From: an uncultured Clostridia bacterium
Lineage (GTDB): Bacteria > Bacillota > Clostridia > Christensenellales > UBA1242
Length of the DNA stretch: 64,000 bases
Assembly: GCA_944380265.1 (NCBI GenBank)
Contig: CALWGY010000005.1
Coordinates: 2,878-66,877 of the forward strand
Direction of reading: 5' to 3'
The notes under the pieces are model-generated. The model saw nothing but the letters and a program-made list of their open reading frames with translations, was not told the origin of the DNA and did no database searches. This document shows positions 1-9,950 of this stretch, in pieces. The translations under genes and the position numbers were made by a program. Numbering within the stretch: the first letter of the stretch is position 1; every line of letters starts with the position of its first letter.

Positions 1-1
1 T

Positions 2-727
2 GTTGGCAGCAAATTGTGTGTTTGCGAAAGTTTTCCAAGTTCCATAACTGGGGCAACCGAAGTTGTGTTAAAAACCAGAGCAAATTACGACATTGTGTTT
101 GGAAGTGCAAGCCAAACCAAAACAGGCAAAGTGCTTAGTGGTGACACACATTCATTAATTAAAATTGATGATGGAAAATATATGGTTGCACTTTGCGATG
201 GAATGGGAAGCGGAGAAGATGCACACAAAATTAGCGACCTAACCATAACATTAATTGAAAACTTTTATAAGGCGGGTTTTGAAAACGACATAATTTTAAA
301 CAGTGTTAACAAATTGTTAAGCATTAACAGCGATGAAAGTTTTTCAGCACTAGACATTTGTGTTTTTGATTTAAGAAAAAACATTATGGATTTTATTAAA
401 CTTGGTTCGCCTTTTGGGTTTGTTAAACACAAGTTTGAAACAGAATTTATTGCTTCAAGCGGTTTGCCAATTGGCGTGCTTGATGAAATGAAACCACACA
501 TAACAAAAAAGATGTTTACGGATTTTGACATTGTGGTTTTGGTTTCCGATGGGGTTAGTGATGCCTATGGTGGCGGAGAAGAACTTAAAACCTTCATTAA
601 CAATTTAACAAGCATTAATCCACAAACCATTGCCGACGAAATTTTGGACCACGCAGTTGACCTTGTTAATGGAAATTGCGAAGACGATTTTACCGTGGTT
701 GCTGTTAGGGTTTATCCGTTAAACTAA
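2..727 (+). CDS. spoIIE: Stage II sporulation protein E, C-terminal PP2C phosphatase domain (5' end lies upstream of the window)
   Basis: The frame is open from the window edge. The translation (SGDTHSLIKIDDGKYMVALCDGMGSGEDAH ... GLPIGVLDE ... VLVSDGVSD ... EDDFTVVAVRVY) follows the SpoIIE/PP2C motif layout. A spoIIE-tilS neighbourhood is known from Bacillus subtilis. Confidence 0.8.
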   Translation, partial: VGSKLCVCESFPSSITGATEVVLKTRANYDIVFGSASQTKTGKVLSGDTHSLIKIDDGKYMVALCDGMGSGEDAHKISDLTITLIENFYKAGFENDIILNSVNKLLSINSDESFSALDICVFDLRKNIMDFIKLGSPFGFVKHKFETEFIASSGLPIGVLDEMKPHITKKMFTDFDIVVLVSDGVSDAYGGGEELKTFINNLTSINPQTIADEILDHAVDLVNGNCEDDFTVVAVRVYPLN

Positions 728-761
728 ACAAACTTAAATAAAACTAAGCAAAAATAAAACA

Positions 762-791
762 AAAAAACTATGACCGCTCATAGTTTTTTTG
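762..791. terminator. Rho-independent terminator between convergent genes
   Basis: Hairpin CTATGA-CCGC-TCATAG flanked by an A-run and a T-run. Confidence 0.6.
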
Positions 792-825
792 TTGTTTGTA
801 AAATTCTGTTTTTAAAATTTTGATG

Positions 826-1827
826 TTACCCAATTGAATTTTGGTTTTTAACAAATTTCACATCAGAACTTAAAACATATGTTACATCATCTTGATTAAC
901 ACTAATTCTGCCAAAACCAGTTTTTTGTGTGTTAACATTTGAATTAATTTTAGAAAACTTAAAATCAATAAAGTTGTTGTTTGGAGTAAAAACATATGTT
1001 GTTTCGGAGTTAAAGGTTTTAATTAAAACTGTTGGTTGTGGTGTGTTAACACTTAAACTAATTTCATATTTTTCTCCGTTTTTGTTAACAACAAAAACCT
1101 TTTGTTGGTCTTGGTTTGAAAATTTTAATTTAACATTGTTTTCTGGGGTTTTTGTTTCAAATATTTCAATTTCCAAACTGGTGCTGTTTTCATTATTTAA
1201 AACTCTTGCATTAACTGAAAACAATTTTTCATCGCTAAAAACCGACAACTGATTTTCATCATTAGAATTGTTGTCGCCAGTATCGTTTTCTAGTTGTGTG
1301 GTGGTGGAACTACTTTTAACAGATTCGGTTAGTTGTTCTAGTTCCGTTTTGTCTGGTAATACCACAGTTTTGTTGATTTTGGGTTTTAACATAACACCAG
1401 TTAACTCGTAACTTAAATTATTGTCTTCAAACAGAAATGTTTTGTTAAAAAACAAATTTAAGTTTTCAGTTTTGTTAAGGTTAAAAAACTTTATGTTGTG
1501 TGCCAAACTTAGTTTTGGAAAATTAACATTTGTGTTTGTGTTTTCTGTGTATGAAATTTTATTTTCGTTAAATTTAACAATGGGTAACACTGCGTTTAAG
1601 GAATCAATGTCGGCATTTGTTAAATGGTAAAGAGTGTTTGTTAAAAGTGCGTTTCTGTCGAGCAACCGTTTTCCATAATTGCCACAAAGCAAATAGTAAC
1701 AATTAACACATTCGGCTGTAACATCTAAATTAAGTTGGTTTTTAGTTGATAAATTAGAACCGTTTGAACAGCCAAAGCAAAATATTAAACTAAAAATTAA
1801 AGTTAAAATTGCAACCTTCTTTTTCAT
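826..1827 (-). CDS. Secreted protein or putative lipoprotein, Asn/Thr-rich, function unknown
   Basis: N-terminal MKKKVAILTLIFSLIFCFGCSNG (signal peptide with Cys after the h-region). The ATG at 1827 has an AAAGGTG RBS, so it is preferred over the GTG at 1836. Confidence 0.6.
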   Translation of the reverse strand: MKKKVAILTLIFSLIFCFGCSNGSNLSTKNQLNLDVTAECVNCYYLLCGNYGKRLLDRNALLTNTLYHLTNADIDSLNAVLPIVKFNENKISYTENTNTNVNFPKLSLAHNIKFFNLNKTENLNLFFNKTFLFEDNNLSYELTGVMLKPKINKTVVLPDKTELEQLTESVKSSSTTTQLENDTGDNNSNDENQLSVFSDEKLFSVNARVLNNENSTSLEIEIFETKTPENNVKLKFSNQDQQKVFVVNKNGEKYEISLSVNTPQPTVLIKTFNSETTYVFTPNNNFIDFKFSKINSNVNTQKTGFGRISVNQDDVTYVLSSDVKFVKNQNSIG

Positions 1828-1984
1828 GTTTTGCACCTTTTTATCATTATTTTTTGCATAAAATAAAATTAATATGCTAAAAAATTAATTTTATGTATTT
1901 TAATATTGCGCAAATTGTGATACAATAAATTAAATAGTTAATAATTTTTTTGTAATATTTAATTTTTTCACAAAGGTAAAAAGT

Positions 1985-3325
1985 ATGAAAAGCATAGAAA
2001 AAACAATAGAAAAATACAATTTAATTAATGAACACGACAAAATTGGAGTTGCTGTTAGTGGCGGAAAAGATAGCATGTGTTTGCTACACTATTTGCATTC
2101 AATTTCAAAGGAAAAAAATTTTGAATGCATAGCCATAACCATTGACCACAGTTTAAGGGAAAACAGTGCAAAAGATGCTCAGTTTGTTGTTAACTATTGT
2201 AACAAAAATGGCATTAAGGTTTATATGTACAAAGTTAATGCTGAAAGACTAAGCAAAGACAAAGGCTTAACCATTGAAGCCGCTGCACGCGAATGCCGAT
2301 TTAGAATTTTTAAAGCATTAATAAACAAAAAAGTTATAAACAAAATTGCTCTTGGGCACCACATGCAAGACCAGGCAGAAACCATTTTGCTAAACATTTT
2401 TAGGGGCAGTGGAATTACAGGTGCAAGCGGCATGGATGTTGTGCGTGATGGAATTTATTTAAGACCACTGCTTAACACTTCCAAAACCGAAATTATGGCA
2501 TATATTAATGCAAACGACATTCCTTATGTGGAAGATGAAACTAATGAAAGCAACGATTATTCCAGAAATTACATTAGAAACATGATTATGCCACTTATCA
2601 GAAACAAATGGAATGGTGCCGACAATGCAATTTGCACATTTGGCGAACTTTGCAAATTAGATGATGAATACATTTACAGCACCATAAACGATGATGCTGT
2701 TGTGTATGAAACCGATGGTGTTGTTAAAATTCCTGTTAACTATTTCAGTTATCCAGTTGCGGTTATAAACCGAATTTTAAGAAAGGCGTTTAAGGGCATT
2801 GGTGTTGTTGCCGACATTGAAAGAAAGCACCTAAAAATTATTAATCAACTTGCCCTAGAAGCCGAAAACGGAAGCAGAATAACACTTCCAAACCGAATTT
2901 CGGTTATTAAAGAATATAATTATGTAACCATGACAAACAAAAACTTCACACCAGAGCCACGAACATGGAAACTTGAACGTGGAAAAATTGACATTCCAAA
3001 CTTTGGTGTTATTGAAATGCAGGTTACCAGAAAACTTGATATTGGAGAATTTAGCCACTTAATTGATTACAACAAAGTTCCAAAAAATGCTGTTTGGCGT
3101 TACAGAAAAGATGGCGATGTTTTTGAAAAATTTGGTGGCGGCACAAAAAGTTTGAGTGACTTTTTAATTGATGAAAAAATTCCTGCAAGGTTAAGAACAT
3201 ATTTGCCAGTTTTGGCAAGTGGCAACGAAATTTTGGTTGTTGCAGGCGTTGAAATTAGCAACAAGGTTAAAGTTGATGAAGAAACAAAAACTGCTTGGGG
3301 AATTAATGCTGTAAGGTTTTCGTAA
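1985..3325 (+). CDS. tilS: tRNA(Ile)-lysidine synthase
   Basis: PP-loop motif VAVSGGKDS near the N-terminus; about 446 aa; AAAGG RBS; typical position downstream of spoIIE. Confidence 0.9.
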   Translation: MKSIEKTIEKYNLINEHDKIGVAVSGGKDSMCLLHYLHSISKEKNFECIAITIDHSLRENSAKDAQFVVNYCNKNGIKVYMYKVNAERLSKDKGLTIEAAARECRFRIFKALINKKVINKIALGHHMQDQAETILLNIFRGSGITGASGMDVVRDGIYLRPLLNTSKTEIMAYINANDIPYVEDETNESNDYSRNYIRNMIMPLIRNKWNGADNAICTFGELCKLDDEYIYSTINDDAVVYETDGVVKIPVNYFSYPVAVINRILRKAFKGIGVVADIERKHLKIINQLALEAENGSRITLPNRISVIKEYNYVTMTNKNFTPEPRTWKLERGKIDIPNFGVIEMQVTRKLDIGEFSHLIDYNKVPKNAVWRYRKDGDVFEKFGGGTKSLSDFLIDEKIPARLRTYLPVLASGNEILVVAGVEISNKVKVDEETKTAWGINAVRFS

Positions 3326-3346
3326 AAATTTTTGTGAGGGATTTTG

Positions 3347-4681
3347 ATGATTGAAGTTAGTGAGAATTTAAAAAATCTTGCATCAATAATTACAAATGCT
3401 GGGCACAAAGTTTATGTTGTTGGTGGCTTTGTTAGAAACAGTTTGCTTGGGCTTCACATCAACGATGTTGATTTGGCAGGTTCAATGCTTGCGCTAGATG
3501 TTATGGAACTTGCAAAAAAGAATGGTTATGGTGCAAACATTGTTAACAAAAAACTTGGAACTGTTTTAATAACAAAAGATGACGAGCAATATGAATACAC
3601 AACTTTTAGGCAAGAAGTGTATGATGATGCGGGAACGCATAAACCAGAAGAAGTTGAGTTTGTGGCCGATCCTAAAATTGATGCTAAAAGGCGAGATTTC
3701 ACAATTAATGCGTTTTACTTTGACATAATGGAAAACAAGGTTTACGACTTTTTTAATGGTGAAAAAGATTTAAAGAAAAAACTTTTAAAAACAGTTGTTA
3801 AACCAGAAACTGTTTTTACCGATGATGGGCTTAGAATTTTAAGACTTATTAGGTTTGTTTGTGAACTTGGCTTTAAACCAGAAAGTAACACAATTAAAAC
3901 TGCAAAAAAATATGCGTTTAAAGTTGCTGGAATTAGCAAGGAAAGAATTTTAAGGGAAATTAAAATTAGTGTTAATGGTGGTCTTAAATATCACTTAAAA
4001 AACACCACTCATGGTTTGCTTGTTAAGTACTATAACAACCTTAATTTGTGGCAATACATATTTGGTTCAAATTTTAAAGATTTTAAAATTAAACCTAGCG
4101 GCAAACTTTACAGGGCATACATTAAAAGTGATGGAAGTTTTAGATATATTGCCTTTATGTGTTTGCTTCTTAACAACTACATTAAAGGAAAAACCTCAAA
4201 AAGCAATGCGTTCTATTCTGTTAACCAGTTGCTTGGGGTTAATGGGTTAAAGGAATCAAACAAAAACATGCAAGATGTTTTGAATGCGTATTTGTTTGTT
4301 CAAAAGTTTTTGTATTATAATGAAAATGATTTGCTAGATAGTTACAGTTGCATTGAATTTGAAACATTGCCTTTTGAAATTAAAAACTATTTAACAGTAT
4401 TAGACGAAAACAAATCTAACAAACTAAAACTTACAATTATGCATCTTAAAAAATCAAAAGTTCCGTTTGAAGAAGATGAACTTAATGTTTTAAACACTGA
4501 ACTTATTAACGATTTAAAAATTAAGCCAGAGCACGTTTCCAAAATTAAATCAAGTTTGTTTGAAATGTGTGTTAAAGGTTTAATTATTAACGACCACGAA
4601 ATTTTACTTGAACAAGCAAAATTTTTAAATGAAAAACTTTTAAAATTGTTGCATGGTTCAAAGCAAAAAGATAATAAGTAA
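3347..4681 (+). CDS. cca: CCA-adding tRNA nucleotidyltransferase / poly(A) polymerase family protein
   Basis: GGFVRNSLLG...NDVDLAG and RRDFTINA nucleotidyltransferase motifs. The ATG at 3347 lies 6 nt after GAGGG, so it is preferred over the TTG at 3344. Confidence 0.8.
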   Translation: MIEVSENLKNLASIITNAGHKVYVVGGFVRNSLLGLHINDVDLAGSMLALDVMELAKKNGYGANIVNKKLGTVLITKDDEQYEYTTFRQEVYDDAGTHKPEEVEFVADPKIDAKRRDFTINAFYFDIMENKVYDFFNGEKDLKKKLLKTVVKPETVFTDDGLRILRLIRFVCELGFKPESNTIKTAKKYAFKVAGISKERILREIKISVNGGLKYHLKNTTHGLLVKYYNNLNLWQYIFGSNFKDFKIKPSGKLYRAYIKSDGSFRYIAFMCLLLNNYIKGKTSKSNAFYSVNQLLGVNGLKESNKNMQDVLNAYLFVQKFLYYNENDLLDSYSCIEFETLPFEIKNYLTVLDENKSNKLKLTIMHLKKSKVPFEEDELNVLNTELINDLKIKPEHVSKIKSSLFEMCVKGLIINDHEILLEQAKFLNEKLLKLLHGSKQKDNK

Positions 4682-4699
4682 AACAAAAATTAAAAAACA

Positions 4700-4732
4700 A
4701 AAATCAGCCAAAATTTTGGCTGATTTTTTTTG
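4700..4732 (+). terminator. Rho-independent terminator after cca
   Basis: ATCAGCCA-AAATTT-TGGCTGAT followed by a T-run. Confidence 0.65.
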
Positions 4733-4811
4733 GTTTGAACACCACTTTAATACATAATTTTTTTTATTTGTTAAAAAATAAGATAAATAACAAATAAGGA
4801 AAAAACTGAAT

Positions 4812-6488
4812 ATGGAAAATAATGGAAAAAAAGAAACTTTAAAAAGTAAAAATACAAACAAAAAACAATCATCAACTAACACAAAAAGTGTTAATAACAA
4901 AACATCACAAAAACTAACGGCAACCCTAAAAAACTCGAAACAGGTTTTTAGCGATTCTGGTTTGCAGGGCAAAAAAAGCAAGGTTTTAAAACGTGACAAC
5001 GCAAACAGGCTATTGCTTGGTTTAAGTGCCATAAGCTTGGTGCTTGTTATGGTTGTTATGGGGCAGTTTTTTATTATGGAAAGCGAAGACCCATCAAATG
5101 TTATTGAAAACGGCACAATGATTAATGGTGTTAATGTTGGTGGCATGGATTATTACGATGCAGAAAAGTTGATATATGATGTTTTTAAGGAAAAAAGTGA
5201 AAATTTTAGTTTAACATTAAAATATAAAGATAAAACCTGGACATTTGATAAAGACGATTTTAAAGTTAACAGTGAAATACACACCATAATTGAAGAAGCA
5301 CAAAAACGAAACGAAATTGTTGAAAGTTACGAAAAACAAACCGAAACATTAAAAGATTTGCAAAATGATGGTGCAAGCGTTAATGTTGCGTTCAACTATA
5401 TTTTTGTTGGGCTAGATGAAAAAATTGATGAAATTATTAAGGAAATTGAAATTGAACCTGTTAACAGCGAAATTAAGTTTAATGCACAAAACAGCAATCC
5501 TTTTGAAGTTACTGAACACAAAAATGGGTTAAGAGTTAACAAGGAACAACTATATTTTGATATTAATGAACAATTCAACAAAACCAATAATGTGGAAGTT
5601 GAAATTAAAACATTCGAGCAAGTTGCCGATGTAACAAAACAAGAAAACTTGGAAAACACAACTCAAATTTCCACCTTTGTAACATATGTTTCCGATAGCA
5701 CTGGTGGCAGAAAAAGCAACGTTAAAAAAGCACTAGATTGCTTTAATGGTTTTGTTGTTGAGCCAAACGAAACTGTTAGTTTTAACAAAGTAACTGGCCC
5801 ACACACATTAGATAATGGATATAAAATTGCAACAATAATTTATAATGGCCGATATGTTGATGGTGTTGGTGGTGGAATTTGCCAAGCAAGCACCACACTG
5901 TATAATGCACTTTTGCTTGCAGATGCGGAAATTTTGGAAGTTCACAAGCACACATTGCCTGTTAAATATGTTCCACTTGCAATGGATGCAATGGTGTCGG
6001 ATTATGTTGCCGACTTAAAATTTAAAAATGTGAGTGATGAACCACTTTACATTCAAACTGTTTGCGATTCAGAAAGTGTTAGGGTTAACATATATGGAAA
6101 AAAACTTGATAAAGAAATAAAAACCAGAAGCGAAACACTAGAAACAATTAAGCACACTGGCGACAAAATTGTGCCTGACACAAACAAAGAATATAGCGAC
6201 AAAGTTTTGTTTAAAGGCGAGCAATATAGATTAACGTATCCAAGAAATGGCTATGAAGCAAAAGCATATGTTGAATATTATGTGGATGGCAAAAAAGTTG
6301 AAGAAAAAGAAATTAGGCACGAAATTTACAAACCACAAAATGGAATTGTTGTGGAAGGAGTGGAAGATGTGCCTGCTGGAATGAACATTATTGATGGCAA
6401 AGTTGAAACAGTTAACGACAACGCCAGCCAAACAAGTTTGAATAATGCTGCGGAAGATAATTTTATTCCAACAATGTTTTGCCCATAA
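4812..6488 (+). CDS. VanW-family protein with an N-terminal Lys-rich tail, one TM helix and a G5-like C-terminal region
   Basis: VanW signature region GRYVDGVGGGICQASTTLYNA. The TM segment is LLLGLSAISLVLVMVVMGQFF. The C-terminal YRLTYPRNGYEAKAYVEYYVDGKKVEEKEI is G5-like. Confidence 0.8.
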   Translation: MENNGKKETLKSKNTNKKQSSTNTKSVNNKTSQKLTATLKNSKQVFSDSGLQGKKSKVLKRDNANRLLLGLSAISLVLVMVVMGQFFIMESEDPSNVIENGTMINGVNVGGMDYYDAEKLIYDVFKEKSENFSLTLKYKDKTWTFDKDDFKVNSEIHTIIEEAQKRNEIVESYEKQTETLKDLQNDGASVNVAFNYIFVGLDEKIDEIIKEIEIEPVNSEIKFNAQNSNPFEVTEHKNGLRVNKEQLYFDINEQFNKTNNVEVEIKTFEQVADVTKQENLENTTQISTFVTYVSDSTGGRKSNVKKALDCFNGFVVEPNETVSFNKVTGPHTLDNGYKIATIIYNGRYVDGVGGGICQASTTLYNALLLADAEILEVHKHTLPVKYVPLAMDAMVSDYVADLKFKNVSDEPLYIQTVCDSESVRVNIYGKKLDKEIKTRSETLETIKHTGDKIVPDTNKEYSDKVLFKGEQYRLTYPRNGYEAKAYVEYYVDGKKVEEKEIRHEIYKPQNGIVVEGVEDVPAGMNIIDGKVETVNDNASQTSLNNAAEDNFIPTMFCP

Positions 6489-6598
6489 TAATTTAGTGTT
6501 TTTTGGTTAGATTAACCATACAATTGTGCACAACTTTCCACAAAAACAATAAAATTTGCTAAAAATGAGCAAAATTGAAACAAAAATCGAAAATTAAT

Positions 6599-6743
6599 TG
6601 TGGATAACTTGGCACTTTTGTGTGGATAAGTGGATAACTTATTAAAAAATCGACAATTTTTATACATTTTCGTGTTTATTTATGCACATTTTTATAAATA
6701 TTCATAAAAATTTATAATAATTACGCTGTGCATATGTGGATAA
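6599..6743 (-). promoter_or_regulatory. DnaA-box cluster: 3 perfect boxes and 1 one-mismatch box, all in one orientation
   Basis: TGTGGATAA (reverse complement of TTATCCACA) occurs at 6599-6607, 6621-6629 and 6735-6743, and AGTGGATAA at 6629-6637. Three of the boxes share the extended repeat GTGGATAACTT. The cluster lies in a 680-bp gap with no ORF. Confidence 0.6.
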
Positions 6744-6835
6744 CTTATAAAAATTGATTAATTGCGTATAAAATTTAAGGTTGTTAGTGTATAAAAATTA
6801 ATTTAATTAAAAAAATGGCTTTATTACGTGCACAT

Positions 6836-6870
6836 TAAAAATGCTCAAACAATTAAGTTTGAGCATTTTT
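6836..6870. terminator. Orphan bidirectional intrinsic terminator in an intergenic region
   Basis: Perfect 14-bp arms AAAAATGCTCAAAC / GTTTGAGCATTTTT with a 6-nt loop. It lies about 350 bp downstream of the VanW stop, beyond the DnaA boxes. Confidence 0.55.
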
Positions 6871-7236
6871 AATATTATTAACAGCCAAATGCTGGAAAGG
6901 GAGGGGTATATTTCAATCTCTTTTCGTTAAGTTATGCACAAAAAACCAAATTGGGGTGAATGGTTTTGCATAACAAAGAAATTTCATATACACTTCATAC
7001 TATGTGTAATATTTTTAATGTGTTACATATAAGTTTATGCATAATTAAAAATTTTGTAAATAATTAAAGATTTTGTAAAAACAAAAGTAATATTAAAGAC
7101 TTTACTTTGTTAATTATTTGGAAAAAAAAATAAACTAATGTAAAATTAATATGTTAATTTTTAATTGTAAATGTGGTGTTTTTTAAACCCGCATTTGTTA
7201 CATAAAAACAAAATACAAATTAAAAGGTTGATAAAA

Positions 7237-8037
7237 ATGAATAAGATTGTTGTTATAACAGGTGGTAACAGCGGCATTGGAAAATGCACTGCCGAAATGT
7301 TTAGAAAAAAGGGCGAAACAGTTTTAAGTGTTTCAAAGGATATTGACAAAGACTACCCCGAGTTTAGTTTTAAGTGTGATGTTTCAAACGAAGAAGAAGT
7401 TAAAAATGTGGTAACTGAAATTGGTGAAAAATTTGGAAGAATTGATGTGCTTGTTAACAATGCGGGTTTTGGTGTTAATGGCGCGCTTGAACTAATTCCA
7501 ACCGAAACAGTAACAAGCATTATGAATGTTAACATTTTGGGTGCAATAATAGTAACAAAACACTGTTTGCCATTTATGGGTAAAGGCTCAAAAATTATTA
7601 ACATGTCCAGCATTTCGGGGGTGTTTCCTGCACCGTTTAGAAGTGTGTATTGTTTTTCTAAATCGGCACTTTTAATGTTAAGTTTGTCGCAACGCATGGA
7701 ACTTGAAAGGGCAGGCATTGATGTGTGCGCAATTTGCCCAGGCGAAGTTCAAACTGGTTTTATGAAAAAACGAGTTAGAGTAACCGACACAAACATTCGC
7801 TATGGCAAACAAGTTGAGCGTGCGTTTGCGTTTTTAGACAAACACGATGGTGGAAAACGCATGGGACCAGAAAAAGTTGCAAAAGCCGTTTTAAAACAAA
7901 CTTATCGCAAAAAAAGCAAACCATTCACCATTGTTGGAGCTCCATTTAAGCTTATTTATGCGGGAATCAAACTTTTGCCAATTAGTTGGGTGTTAAAAAT
8001 AACAAACAAATATATGGGTGGAGGAACGATTGAGTAA
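7237..8037 (+). CDS. SDR-family short-chain dehydrogenase/reductase
   Basis: VVITGGNSGIGK (TGxxxGIG), NNAG, and S...YCFSK (YxxxK). The ATG at 7237 is preferred over the ORF-track start at 7171. Confidence 0.85.
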   Translation: MNKIVVITGGNSGIGKCTAEMFRKKGETVLSVSKDIDKDYPEFSFKCDVSNEEEVKNVVTEIGEKFGRIDVLVNNAGFGVNGALELIPTETVTSIMNVNILGAIIVTKHCLPFMGKGSKIINMSSISGVFPAPFRSVYCFSKSALLMLSLSQRMELERAGIDVCAICPGEVQTGFMKKRVRVTDTNIRYGKQVERAFAFLDKHDGGKRMGPEKVAKAVLKQTYRKKSKPFTIVGAPFKLIYAGIKLLPISWVLKITNKYMGGGTIE

Positions 8038-8163
8038 ATAAATTATGTTTTAAAATTTCTTATTTTCAAAAAATTGTTTAGGCTATATTTTAAAATTAAA
8101 ATTAATAAAATTTAAAAGTTAAAAAATAATATAAAAAAAACTAACATTACATTGTTAGTTTTT

Positions 8164-8793
8164 TTATTGAACATTTTTAACTGATTTATGTTTTTTAATT
8201 AACTTAGCAATAATTCCGCTAACAATTAGCACTGCAAAAATAATTAAAAAAGCATACAAAACAATTAACGTGTTGTTTTTAAAAATTGTTGAAACCAAAA
8301 GCATAATAAGTCCTGCAATAAGATTTCCAGAAACACAGGAAATTAATGTTTCATAAAAATTTAAGCCAAGCATAACTGCAACGCATGTGCCGGTGTAAAC
8401 ACCAGTTAGTGGAAGCGGAATTGCAACAAACAACAAAACACCAATCATTTTTTTTATTCTTGTGCTGTTTTTGTTTTCTATTTTTGTGCTTTTTGTTTTA
8501 ATTCGGTTTTCAAATTTTATTGCCAAGTTTTTAAACAACTTGGTTTTTTTGAAGGCATTCAAAATTGGTATGAATATTATTGCAACAACAGGAACAACCA
8601 AACTTGTTGCAATAAAAGAAGTTAAAAAACTGCTTATTGGGCTTAAAGCATTTGCACCCCAAATTTCGGTGCTCATGCCAAATGGAATTGCACCCCTAAG
8701 TTCAAAAATTGGTAATAGCGCCAAAACAAAGGTTGCAAGCATTGCGTTGTCGTTAAACATATTAATTATAAATTCTTTTATTGTTTCTGCCAT
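8164..8793 (-). CDS. Small multidrug-export-like membrane protein (COG2426 / Sm_multidrug_ex-like)
   Basis: LPIFELRGAIPFG motif and several TM helices. The internal Met (MAETIKEF) is taken as the start; the upstream extension looks non-coding. Confidence 0.55.
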   Translation of the reverse strand: MAETIKEFIINMFNDNAMLATFVLALLPIFELRGAIPFGMSTEIWGANALSPISSFLTSFIATSLVVPVVAIIFIPILNAFKKTKLFKNLAIKFENRIKTKSTKIENKNSTRIKKMIGVLLFVAIPLPLTGVYTGTCVAVMLGLNFYETLISCVSGNLIAGLIMLLVSTIFKNNTLIVLYAFLIIFAVLIVSGIIAKLIKKHKSVKNVQ

Positions 8794-9112
8794 GTTAACC
8801 ACACTTTTTGTCAAAAAACATAATTTTAATTTTTTTAATATTTTATTAGATATTAAAAAATAATTGCTATACAATATTTTATGTTAAAAAACAAAAAACT
8901 ATTCGGCTATGATGTTCTGCTTAAAAAGTAACTGTTAAACTATTAAAAATTGTTTATTAATTTTTTATTATCACTTTTTTTAAAATGGTTTTTATTTTGC
9001 CAAATTAAAAATCAAATGTTTTAAAATTTGGCTAATAAAAAAATAATACTTTTAAAAATGCTAATTATGTGTTAAAATGATTTCTGCAAAACGTTAGAAG
9101 GAGAAAATTGGT

Positions 9113-9652
9113 ATGAACATTTGGAAAGATATTCACCCTAAACGCATAACACCAACAAAGTTTGAAGCGGTTATTGAAATTGAACAGGGTAGCAAAATGA
9201 AATATGAACTAGACAAAGAAACTGGACTACTTAAAATGGATAGGGTGCTATACACCAGCACACACTACCCAATGAACTATGGTTTTATTCCATTAACATA
9301 TTGTGGTGACCACGACCCACTTGATGTGTTTGTGCTATGCAGTCAACCAATAACACATTTGTGTTTGGTAACATGTTATCCAATTGGGGTTATAACTATG
9401 ACTGATGGAAACGATAACGATGAAAAAATTATTGCAATTCCGTTTGGTGACCCACAATATAATTCCTACACCGACATCTCTGAACTTCCACAACACATTT
9501 TTGATGAACTTATGCACTTTTTAAGTGTTTACAAGGAACTTGAAGAAAAGAAGGTTGATGTTAAAAGTTTGGGAAACAGAGATGAAGCAATTGAAAAAAT
9601 TAAACAAGCAATTGAGTTCTACAAACAAAAACGCGTGGAAGGAGAAATTTAA
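9113..9652 (+). CDS. ppa: Inorganic pyrophosphatase, family I
   Basis: EIEQGSKMKYELDKETGLLKMDRVLYTSTHYPMNYGFIPLTYCGDHDPLDVFVL is canonical family I PPase; AAGGAG RBS. Confidence 0.9.
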   Translation: MNIWKDIHPKRITPTKFEAVIEIEQGSKMKYELDKETGLLKMDRVLYTSTHYPMNYGFIPLTYCGDHDPLDVFVLCSQPITHLCLVTCYPIGVITMTDGNDNDEKIIAIPFGDPQYNSYTDISELPQHIFDELMHFLSVYKELEEKKVDVKSLGNRDEAIEKIKQAIEFYKQKRVEGEI

Positions 9653-9677
9653 AGAGTTTTAAAAACTCTTTTTTTAT
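9651..9677 (+). terminator. Rho-independent terminator after ppa
   Basis: AAGAGTTT-TAA-AAACTCTT followed by a T-run. Confidence 0.6.
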
Positions 9678-9950
9678 GAAATTTACTTTTTTTAATCAAA
9701 TAAAAATTTTACAATCTGTTTTAAACGCGGAAACAGTTAACAACACAATAACTGTTTTATGTGATTAAATTTAATAAAAAAGTAACAAAAAAATAATCAA
9801 AGTTATGCGAAACCTTTAATTAAACCAAACTTTAAATTAAGCGAAATTTTCAATTAAAAAGTAACAAATAAAAATTAAATAAAATATATAAGTTTAGTAG
9901 ATAAATTTTCAAAAACTTGGAAATAATTAAATTAAGGGAGTTTAAGTTTT

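Noticed and set aside
265-4686. Small antisense or alternative-frame ORFs within spoIIE, the lipoprotein gene, tilS and cca (e.g. 265-531, 929-1252, 1421-1630, 2221-2433, 3100-3408, 4387-4686).
   Set aside because: Each is nested in or opposite a gene with strong motif support. They have hydrophobic low-complexity translations typical of AT-rich antisense frames.
6489-7236. Calling this gap the chromosomal replication origin (oriC).
   Set aside because: There is no dnaA/dnaN/rpmH nearby, no clear switch of gene orientation across the gap, and I cannot compute skew on a single window. I kept it only as a DnaA-box cluster finding.
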